The position numbers and the translations under genes are program-made. A model generated the notes under the pieces. The model did no database searches and was not told the origin of the DNA. It was given only the letters and a program-made list of their open reading frames with translations. 34,303 bases of DNA, taken from assembly GCA_003990765.1 (NCBI GenBank), contig RBNJ01000278.1, positions 1-34,303 on the forward strand, read 5' to 3'. Of the stretch, positions 24,790 through 34,303 are shown one piece after another (positions within the stretch are counted from its first letter, which is position 1; every line of letters begins with the position of its first letter). This DNA comes from Jimgerdemannia flammicorona. Lineage: Eukaryota.

Positions 24790-25560
24790 TGGTTCGGTAA
24801 TATTATCGCCCTCCTGGGCCCGTGTTCATAAGGAATATACCGTAAAGCTTTGGGCTTCGAACGGGACTAATTTGCCGGTGGACCGGGCGAAGGATTGGCC
24901 AGTGGGGCGGGCAAAAGCTTGGCCAATGGGGTGGACGAAAGCTTGGCCAGTGAGGTGGACGAAAGCTTTGGGCGAAAGCTTGGTAAGTGGGGTGGACGAA
25001 GGATTCGCCAGTGAGAAGGACGAAGGTTCGCCAGTGAGACGGACGAAGGATTGACCAGTGGGACGGACGAAGGGTTGGCCAGTGGGGTGGACGAAGGGGC
25101 AGATGAAGGATTGGCTAGTGGTGCGGACGAATGATGTGGGACGGACGAAGTATTGGCCAGTGTGGTGGACATAGGCTCTGAACCGGTATCAGCATCGGCG
25201 GTATTGGCAGCTGGAGGGATGAGTGATTGTTCATGATGTTATAATCTTGGATCTGCATGTAGCTTTATATACTCCACCAAGCCATATTCTTCCAAGAGAT
25301 TCATTATATGAAAGGTCCAAATTGCATAATTCTTTCCATTGAAGATAGAAATGGACCTTTTGGCTATATTTATGCTTACAATAGTAGAGACTGTATTTCT
25401 CATAATAGAGATATCTGTGGTTATAATAGGAACTGTATTTTCTATTACTGAGACCCTTATGCTTAGTATGTCTATATTGCTAGAGTTACTTATATTTTCT
25501 ATCTTAGAATATAGTATATGTTAAAGAGGTGTTTTTAGCCACTAACTGGGTCTCATAATA
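24790..25560 (-). pseudogene. Ty1/copia Gag-like N-terminal remnant, in frame with the PLANPSST repeats
   Basis: Manual translation of 25352-25266 gives ISIFNGKNYAIWTFHIMNLLEEYGLVEYI, matching the copia Gag N-terminal FxGxNYxxW..M..LL...L motif (DUF4219-like). One TAA (25239-25241) separates it from the repeat ORF. Confidence 0.6.
24867..25175 (-). repeat. 24-bp minisatellite (ggtggacgaaggattggccagtgg), about 11-12 degenerate units, encoding PLANPSST-like octapeptides
   Basis: Seen directly and in ORF 24867..25172. Confidence 0.9.
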
Positions 25561-27770
25561 TTTATAGTAAAATTTCTAAAATTTGAGCAAAAGAGAGTAA
25601 ACAGAAGAAATAATTTATTAATATTATATAAGTTATATATTTTATATATTACTGATAAATAATGTAAATTAATATAAAAAAAGATATAGTATATACTTAT
25701 ATACTTATATATTAAGTTATATATATAATTAGAATCTCAATAGAATATATGAATAAACCTCTTAAAAAAATACTCAAAAACTATATTTCTTATAAATAAG
25801 ATAATTAGAACTACTATCTAACTTATATAGAGATTATACAAAATAATATAGCTTAAATATCTATTAGTCTTTTTCTTTTTTAGCTACTTTATTATTAAGA
25901 TTCTAACATCTTTACAAATCAAGTTCTTTTTTGAAAAAATAGTTAAATTTAAGTTCTTATTATTAAAACTCTTATTAATAAAATAAATAAACTTCTCAAA
26001 ATTTTATTATTAATCTCTAGAAGATTAAATAGTATTAAGTGATAAGAAATAATAATATCACTTACATAATTAATAATTAAATTCTTTTATTTATTAAGAA
26101 TTTCAAAATTCAATTTTAAGTTAATTATCTATATATTAACTAAGTTTCAACTTAAGTTTATTAGATCTTTTAATATTACTAATTAAGTTTCTATATTATC
26201 TTATTATCTTAAGCTATCTGAGATTATATAAATTTATTTTATCTTTTATATATCTTATCTTAAGATCTAAAACTAATTATTATTCTACTTTAGTCAAATT
26301 CTTAAACTCTCTATCTTTATTATTATTAAAGACTATACTGAGTATAAGATAAAAAAATTTCTTAATAAAAGAATTTACTACTAAAATCTAAACATCTTAT
26401 CAAATAGATAAGATATTCTATATATAATATTACTTAAAAATTACTTATTAATTTTAAAAATATAAAGATCTTATTTAAGATTTTGAATAAAAATATATAT
26501 TTCTGATATCAATCTATTAGCTTAATATATTTATATATAAATATATTTACTATTAGCAGATCTACTTAGAATAATTAGAGTTGTTTTTTATATAGTTTAA
26601 ACTTTTAATTACTAAGTCTTTAACTCTTTATAATGATATTGATCTCTTTTATCTAACTTAGTTAAGTATAATTATTTATATATATAATCTTAAAATTCAA
26701 TAAGAATATTAATTTTTTTTTAAAAAAAGAGATATAATAATTTTATTAAATATAATATATTTTTATCTTTTCTTTAAATATTTTATAATATTTTAATATT
26801 TTCTAAATTTTTAGAAATCTTCTCTTAATATTAAAACTTTATTAAAATATTTTTATTTTTTCTTAGTACTAAGTATCTTATTTTAGCTAATTATGTTTTT
26901 TTTTTTAAATATTGTAAAATTTTATTTATTATTATTAGCTAAGACTTTATCTTAATATTCTTTTAGTATTTCTTTTCATTTCTAAGATTATTTCAGATCT
27001 TTCTTTCAGATTTTATATAAATATCCTCTTTGTTCTCTTAAATAAAGCTCAGAATAATTTTCTCTTAGAAATTTCATAAGAATACTTAAATTTATAATAT
27101 TTTTTCAAATTACTTAGATTATTAAAATATTTCATAACTCAGTTATGTACTTTCTTTTAAAAAACTAGAACTATTATATATATAACTTCTTAAAAGTTAG
27201 AAAATAATTCAACATATTAATTTTTTTATTATTATTCAGAGATAATATAAATAATTATATAAGATAATAATTTTCTATATTTAATATAAAAATATAACAA
27301 CTTAGTTTAATTAATTATACTTATATTTATATATATGTTATTTATTATATATTATGATAGTTAAGTATTTAGCTTAATATTTACTATTAATTATAGTTTT
27401 TAAAAATAAAATAAAATATAGTATATAGTATATAGTTTAAATTAATTAATTCTATGAGTTAAATTGAATTTATTATATACATATATATAATATAAATATA
27501 TAAGTGTGAGTACAGATATATAATATAGTCCTGGTGACTATTAATTAACAATTTAGAACACTCTGATAGTCATTAATTGAATTAGGCTCATCAATTTAGA
27601 AATTTATCATGACTATTTAAGTTCTTATTATATATATACTCCTACTAAAGTTATCTGTCAACTTGAGTAGATATTAGTGTTGGCAAACTTGTGACCAACT
27701 TAATATTACTAAATATATACATGCTACTGGACAGATACTTGATATCTACTTAAGTGCTTCTCATGCTCAA
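25201..27770. other. CpG-free, very AT-rich block of nested degenerate transposons
   Basis: No CG spotted between 25200 and 27771. 26490-27400 is unidentified eroded repeat DNA. Confidence 0.8.
25730..26490 (+). mobile_element. Heavily eroded chromoviral Ty3/gypsy pol remnant: integrase C-terminus, GPY/F motif and chromodomain
   Basis: NYISYK*DN*NYYLTYIEIIQNN...ISISLFLF*LLY (cf. YVxxxQDDWxxxLxxxEFAYNN...STGxSPFxLLYG); KFQLKFIRSFNI...YYLKLSEII*IYFIFYISYLK (cf. KLxPKFxGPFxI...YxLxLPxxxxIHPVFHVSxLK); EYKIKKFLNKR...LIK*IRY...T*K (chromodomain). Most deviations are explained by C>T/G>A. Confidence 0.8.
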
Positions 27771-28619
27771 CGGTAAAAATTGACCGTGGCCACCTAAGTA
27801 TGCTTTCGCCAACATCACGAGAGGCCGAAGAGAGATAGAGTAGTGGACGAAGGTTATTAATTCTCATTTTCGTGCTGCAGTAAGCGATTAAAGGTTTCTA
27901 TAGATTGGCCAAAGAGATTGAATTGGCCCTGATTTCAATGTCGGTTTTGTGCAACTTCTCGTAATTGTGAGACACAGTATTGGTGTAACACACGTTTAGT
28001 TTCGTTTTTGCCCAGATTACTATGAACTACTCATCGGATCCTCTGTGCAAATCCCTCAGCTCCACACACTCGAAGCAAGCGAACGACAATGGCAACCTCT
28101 ACAATCCCGCTGAGTTCTAGGTGTACAGGCGGATGGCGGTGCTGATGGCATGCAGGAGTCGAGAAGGAGGCATGCCGCTGCGAATGCTTCGGCTGCTTCG
28201 CATACGGGATCGATGGAACTCGAGTCGACGACCCCATCGGAGTCATGAAGATTGATGAGTCATATAAGGGGGATTATAATGTGGGTTTGGGGACTTCTAT
28301 ACACAGAGATCTCATTGTATAATAAAGAAGAGGGGAATGCGAGGCGTAATATTTCTACTCCTTGTCGAAAAGTCACTCATCGTCCTCTTTAATATTTGCA
28401 CATAGACCAAATTAATTAGGACACGTTCAACAAATTCTGGGAGGTAGTCGAAAATCATCTCCAAAAGCTCTCCAACCGGCCGTTGCGCAGAGTATTACTC
28501 CACGGCCTCTATACATCCTGCGATAGCTTATTTACGGATCTGCAAATATTGGTCACGGTATGTTTTTGACATTCTTTGGTTTGGTGTAAGTAAAAAAAAA
28601 ACAAAAAACACATCATAAC

Positions 28620-29110
28620 CAGTAGTCCATTGTTCAGTCCATCATCGATTCTGTCGCCGTTCAGCAGTCTATCATTGTCCACTGTCTATTCCATCATCGC
28701 TCAGCAATTCCATCCGTTGTCCATTTTGTCATCATTGTCGCTCAGAAATTCCATCTATTGTCCATTTCGTCATCATTGTCGCTCAGCTGTCCATCGTCAT
28801 TCAGTAGTTCATCGTCGCTCAGTAGTATATCGCCATTCATTGTTGAATTCATAAACCAATCCAGCCCATCGTCGCTCGGAAGGCTTTGTCCAGTTAATAT
28901 CATCGCTTAGCAGTCGCTCAGCAGTTATCATTCGGCGAATGCACATCGTCATTGTTCTGTGGGTATTCCTCTTCGTCATTCTGCGGATGATCACTATTCT
29001 GCAGATATTCCTCATCGTCGTTTTGCGGACGATGAACAGAATAATGGACTGCTGAGCGACGATTCAAATGGATGACGACGACGAAGGACTGCGTGATGGC
29101 GATTATGCAC
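28620..29110. repeat. Cluster of degenerate ~19-bp repeats (ccatcgtcgctcagcagtt) with an inverted copy near 29049; possible DNA transposon subterminal array
   Basis: At least 7 direct variants in 28690-28930, and actgctgagcgacgat in reverse orientation at 29049-29064. Confidence 0.65.
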
Positions 29111-29898
29111 AGAATATATTCGGGTTCGGTTTAATAAAAATACACAAAAAAAGTCATTTGTCAGTTAAAACTCTCCAAAATAGCTTTATATATCCGAATG
29201 TATACGGATATATGCCAGAGCTGCTGTAGAGTGTGGCTACAGATCATGAAGCCCAGGGTTTGAAAAGAATATTGGTACTTCCAGATATCGTTGGAGACCA
29301 CATCTCAATTTCGTGATGTAAATAGCAGAAGACAATTCGCACTTTAACAATGCGCAAGGTCATCTCAATCTTAACGTACTAAAAGTCTCTATTTTTGCAG
29401 CTTTACTGGAGTATAACTAGGGCCTAAGCTTCATACAATTATAGATAAATAACTAAATAATATTTCTATGAAGCTTTTTGTCATATCTATTCATTTGATT
29501 TCAAATGTTAAAGTTGGCGTACGATGACAGGTCTCTAGGTTACGAAAGGTCGGTGATTGCGACGCGGATAACAAGGAGAAAAGGCACAAGGATTTGAATA
29601 CATCCCAGAAGAACCGATGATTCCGATCGCGATCTATGGGCGCAGTAACAACGACCGAGGCATATAACAACCACAACTCAGGAGCAAGGCAAATAAATCT
29701 TAGCGTTAGTCGACTATTCTATTAGAAATAGAATGTGATTATACAAAGTGATTATAATACGATTGTTAAGCGACGATAGTTATAAAATGTGACAATGTGC
29801 ACTAAAATGCGACGACATGAAATAAGACGACATGACGACATAAATGTTTATGATAGACGACGTTTGTGTAACGAAGGCTTAGCCAAGCGTCACTCATG

Positions 29899-30411
29899 TC
29901 ATATTTCGCTCTCTCGTTCGTCCTGTATCTGCCGAGCTTCTGCCCTCTGGTGCTCCATCTTTGCGGTTTCCTGTGCGCCTTGCCGACGTGCGAGTTTTGT
30001 GTTTTGAAAATCATTATCGATCCCGCTTTTGGACTTCCTAACTATCGGGGGGATGGTGGAAGAATCAGGCGAGGACTGGTCGGTGTAGGAGCTCCCTTTG
30101 CGGAAAAGATTCCAGGACGTATTTGTCATATGAGACCCGTCCTCGCCCCCGACGCGGTGGTTGCGCATAGAAGAGAACAAGAGCGAAAAGCGCCCCCGGC
30201 GACGTATGGAATGCTGAACGTCGAAGGAGTGACGAGGGGGATGCGGATGAGGATACTGATGCAGTTGGAGATGCCGATGCCGATGCGGATGCGGCGAGTT
30301 GGGTAGGGTCGTAGAACTGGTGTTGGGCATGGACGACGTCTCGCGGAGCCCATTCAACGAAGGTGGTTGGGTTGATGTCGGTTCAGCCAGGGTCGCTGAG
30401 TGTCGAGACAT
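29899..30411 (-). CDS. Hypothetical 170-aa His/Pro/Ser-rich protein with charged helical C-terminus; may be the last exon of a larger, decayed gene
   Basis: Uninterrupted ORF whose peptide is recognisably shared with copy A (broken) and 33305-33607 (RxxRFSLxF, RNH, YTD, TKLxxRQxAxxTAKxE, EA...ERE). An AG precedes CCGCCC 9 nt upstream in both copies, a possible splice acceptor. Confidence 0.4.
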   Translation of the reverse strand: MSRHSATLAEPTSTQPPSLNGLRETSSMPNTSSTTLPNSPHPHRHRHLQLHQYPHPHPPRHSFDVQHSIRRRGRFSLLFSSMRNHRVGGEDGSHMTNTSWNLFRKGSSYTDQSSPDSSTIPPIVRKSKSGIDNDFQNTKLARRQGAQETAKMEHQRAEARQIQDERESEI

Positions 30412-30649
30412 AACGGGCGGCTATAATGATATCGGTATATAGAAGTCGAGACCAGGACAAAAACGTTGGCTGGTACGGTGAATTCTTCAATATGCTGTCG
30501 CCACGAAATCGTAAGACATATGTCCTGCCTATCAAGTCCTTTGTTCGGAACAGAACACGCATGATGACGCACTGCCAATTCCAGACATTCCAGACATTTC
30601 AGATCCCGACATAATTAATTATCTCCGCTGCCACGCCCTATTCTTCTGA

Positions 30650-32100
30650 CCCCTATAGACCCATTCCCATGGCCCATCTTCACTTGCCCGTTGCGCTTCC
30701 CATAGCGGCGCGTGATCTCCTTTGATGACTGACGGAAACCATGAGTGTCGTAAGCATGTCTGCTCGCTTCTGATTCATGCCATCTTGCTAGCTGGATGAA
30801 CTACCTCGGCACGTGTACTGATCGTCTCGACTAGGGTCTCTTCGTCGCCGACGTCAACCAGAATGGCGGAAGGTCCAAACGGGCACCTTGACCTTTTAGA
30901 CATAGGTAAGTGCGAATGAGAATGGGATCGTTACTTGGGTGAAAATAAGCTCCATATAGTGAGGTGGACCAGGCGCCTTGCCAAAACGTTATTCGCGCCA
31001 CCGTTAGAGGGAGATTGGTGTCAGTTATTTCGGGGTCTGCGAAATCATTGGGTTAAGCATCGCCGACTTCCGTGCTGACCTTTTTCTCAATGTCCATTGG
31101 TCTTTCATCTCTTTCATCTAGATCATCCGCGGCGATTTACTCCGTATTGATGTCCGTATTGACGAGGGTTTCGGGCTCCGCATCGAATGCTTGCACATTG
31201 ACTTCCTCTTCCTCGTCTTCTTTGGGTGGAGTATGGTTTGCGAATTACCTCCATGGCTAACGTGTGTTCTTGGCTGGGGAAGGCTGTCCTCCTATTGAAT
31301 GCTTGCGTGCTAATCGTTTCTTCGTCGTCGAAGTGTCGTTAAGGACGATCATAAGGTCGTGCAGCTGGTTCTTGTCTAGGCCAGCAACCAGTCCCGTATT
31401 GACTGATGGCTCTGCTTCCATAGTGAACGCCTGCGTGCCGACCTCTTCGTCGACATTCTCTCCGTCCGAGGGTATTTCCCCTGCTGTCAAGTCCTCGCCT
31501 ATCGTCCTTGGCACCTCTACGATGATATCTGATTCCTTGCGCGTTGGTTTTCATGCTATAAACAGACGGAAATCGTCGTCGGGTAAGCTTCATTAGTTAG
31601 GGGACGCTTACGTGATAGGCGGTGGAGATCAGAATTGTAGAGGGCAGGCAGTTCGCACCGGTAACCGGGTTGGGTTGCGCTACACTGGCTCTCGTGGTTG
31701 CCGTTCGAGCAGACAGAGCCTAGCAATATTCCCTCTTCGCGTTCATAGTACTGGTGGACATTGGTCGTTCGTCGCTGTTGTATCTGCTTGTTCATTGCCG
31801 CGCTAACTACCTTTCATACTATCTCCGTTATCTCCTCATTGCTAGGCACTGGCTTCATTGCCAAGGCGGCCATCGTGATCAATGTAGTCGTGCTGATCGG
31901 AATTTGTCCTTGTCTCTGCATCAACAGAGCTATTCGGCTGCGGCATTAGGTAAAGATTGGTGGTGGCGAACGGGCTGCTAGCATAGAGGGTCGGGCCTTG
32001 CTGTCCAATGGCTCAAGCGAAGTGTGGAGACACTGTGGGGGGAGAACAGGGTTGGGCGGAAAATTCCTATTCCGTTATTTACGCTGGTGGGTGATGTGTA
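30650..32100 (-). pseudogene. Disrupted upstream portion of the unknown gene in copy B
   Basis: Fragments 31257-31514, 31339-31593 and 31556-31795 are homologous to copy A fragments; stops and frameshifts present. Confidence 0.5.
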
Positions 32101-33304
32101 TTAGCAAAAGGGCTCTCGTGAATGACTGTCCGCCCGGTTATGAGTGTGTCAATACGCCATTATTACACACAATACAGTGTTAAGCTAAAATAAAATGCAC
32201 AATTATGAAGAATTGCGCGTTCATATGTGAGAAACTGTATTATTTATATAAAATCGTCAAATGTGACCAGTGTTTCGAACGAGTTGACCAGTCTTTCTAA
32301 ATTGACCGTTATGGCAATCGTTGAACAACGTGACACCAAGGCCACTTATTACAGGTTAAACCTTCTACAACTGATACAATGCAACACAATTGAACAAACC
32401 TATTATAATAGATATATGTGATCGGTTTTGTTTATGGCTATTTCAATAGTGTCGCATAATATTTTGTTAAGGAAACAGGAACTAGTACGTTTCAGAGATC
32501 TTCATAGGACTAAAGTTTCCAATGAAAATGGTTGATCAACATGCTGACCGTAGAACAGACCTTTGTTTCCAATGAAGTCACAAGATCATGTGATCGCTTT
32601 CGTCACAATGAGATTATCATTTTTGATAGCAGTTATCATGGCCATTTTACAACATGCAAAGGGCAAGCGAACGCGGACCATATCAACACCAAAAGCTCTG
32701 TGACTTTATATGTTTATAAAACAATACTCTATGAAGCTTTAAAGTTGGCATACAATAACTGAGGTCTCGTTGTCTGTCAAACGAGATAAGGGGTTTTGTT
32801 TTTGGATAATTCAAATGACTAATTCAAATGACTAATAGACTCGAACTTTCTGAGCCTGGCCGTTCACGTCATGAGAATCAAAGCCCATTTTCCCCCCAAC
32901 AACTGCGGCCAACCGATTTATTTTGGCACATTTCAAGGTTATGAACTACTATGCGACATAAGTCGAATAGCCATAAATAACCCTATTTTTACAATAGATA
33001 ATTACATGAGACGGCCACGTTTAAAAAGTTACCTCTGGTGTATGACTAAAGAAACAGGAGAAAAATGGGGCGTCAGGTGAGCTGGTTCTTTATCCGGCCT
33101 AGTTGAGAGGCGGATGATGCCGAAAATTTCGGATCAAGAATTGCGGCAATCCACGGGAGGAACAACAGAGAAGAGGAAAGCAAAGGCAAATTTTCTATTT
33201 GGAAAAAGAAAATATGGGACGCGAAACTTCCCGTGTTTCGTTACAACCAACTAAAATATAAAACCAAAGTGATAACAAAAGGTGAATTAATTCGCTAGGA
33301 GCAA

Positions 33305-33720
33305 CTAGTATTCTCGTTCCAACTCCACTATATGAGCTTCTCGCCTCTCCTGCTCCTTCTTTGCGGTTTTGTGTGCGTTTTGTCGATAATCGAGTTTTGT
33401 GAGTGGAGCTCTATTATCCGCGCGCTTTTCGCTCCTGTGGCTGCTGAGTCTACCTTTCGGGGACGTGTCGGTGTAGCAGCAGTAGAAAAGGCTCCAGAAC
33501 GAAGTGTCTGTTAGCTGAGGCTCGTCCTTGACTGCGACGTAGTGGTTGCGCTTTGAAGACCTCGAGTAGAATATGAGGGAGAAGCGCCGACCGCGGCCAA
33601 AGTGCATGTAGGTGGATTGTCGACCGTCGAAGGAGGGGTGAGGGTGATGGGAATGCGTCGAGTTAGTAGAGACGCGGAACTCCAGTTGTGCATGGACGTC
33701 TTGTCACAGATGGTGTGGGT
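33305..33720 (-). pseudogene. Third, more diverged copy of the His/Pro-rich ORF; 5' part lost near the AT-rich block
   Basis: TNSTHSHHPHPSFDGRQ...GRRFSLIF...RNHYVAVKDEPQLTDTSFWSLF...YTD...TKLDYRQNAHKTAKKEQERREA aligns by eye to 29899-30411; a frame change occurs near 33670. Confidence 0.6.
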
Positions 33721-33807
33721 AAACAAGCAGTACAGCAGAACTGCAGTACTGCCCCGATTTTTAGGGGTACAACCCAAATTATTTTTAGAAATTGCTTGTC
33801 GCGATCG

Positions 33808-34303
33808 GGAGAATTTAAATTAGCTTCTAAGATATTTATAAAATTATTAGTCTGTCTGATATTTTTTAGTTTTTTTTATTTTAAATTACTAATTTCTCAG
33901 TCATTCCAACAATTCATTTGAATGCTAAGTGATATTTGTTTGTCTCTCTTCTGTTTGACAAATTTGTAGTATTTCTACTAACTCATGATAAATCTTAAAA
34001 TTATTTTTACTATAAAGTTATTTATAAGATATTAGATAACAAATAAAGAATTATTAGTAATATTCTATAGCTTTCAAGTTTTGAACTATCTTATTCTTCT
34101 CTAATATTGATATTATAGCAAGAGTCTTACTACTAATTAATTTTATACTGAATATAGAAATTTGTAAATTTTATTTTAAAATATTAATATAAATAAGTAG
34201 TAATTAAGTAATTAAGTAATAAATAAGTAAGTAAGTAATAAATAAAAAAGTAAATAAAATTAAAATTATATATAATTTTCATTTTTTTTTTTTTTTAATA
34301 TTT
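33808..34303. other. Edge of another CpG-free AT-rich repeat block
   Basis: Last CG at 33806-33807; short taagtaa repeats at ~34190-34250. Confidence 0.65.

Larger units (their letters stand above)
29310..32545 (+). repeat. Copy B of the ~3.3 kb segmental duplication
   Basis: Same collinear blocks as copy A, with numerous substitutions and indels; CpGs retained. Confidence 0.92.

Noticed and set aside
24867..25175. CRISPR-like array
   Set aside because: Adjacent degenerate 24-bp units with no unique spacers, no cas genes and a eukaryotic context: a coding minisatellite.
27657..27756. 14-bp inverted repeat (acttgagtagatat / atatctacttaagt)
   Set aside because: A single short pair without TSD; insufficient to call a MITE.
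28620..29110. CRISPR-like repeat-spacer pattern
   Set aside because: Repeats are irregularly spaced, degenerate and partly inverted.
34190..34303. Telomeric repeat
   Set aside because: Short irregular taagtaa runs in AT-rich DNA, not a regular terminal array.

Overview
Eukaryotic, almost certainly fungal, genomic DNA with short GT-AG introns and CTAAY-like branch sites. The channel gene resembles a family I know from Mucoromycota/Glomeromycotina, but that taxonomy is an inference. The window has two sharply separated compartments. (1) Nearly CpG-free, C>T/G>A-eroded transposon blocks at 1-12680, 25201-27770 and 33808-34303. They hold a full-length 5.9 kb L1/Tx1-type LINE with an 18-bp TSD and A47 tail, two foldback/hAT-like MITEs, a head-to-head pair of retroelement 5' ends, a chromoviral Ty3/gypsy integrase remnant and a copia-Gag-like remnant. 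(2) CpG-rich euchromatin. It holds one apparently intact 8-exon gene (12843-17635, minus, 1361 aa as modelled) encoding a TRP-like 6-TM cation channel with a long N-terminus and an unusual C-terminal SH3 domain. It also holds a rearranged pseudogene copy of that gene, with the pore exons deleted and the SH3 segment inverted, and a ~3.3 kb diverged direct duplication plus a third partial copy of an unknown His/Pro-rich gene. Best candidates for novelty are the TRP-SH3 fusion and a TE-restricted, indel-poor cytosine hypermutation process that spares host duplications. All calls were made by eye, without database searches.
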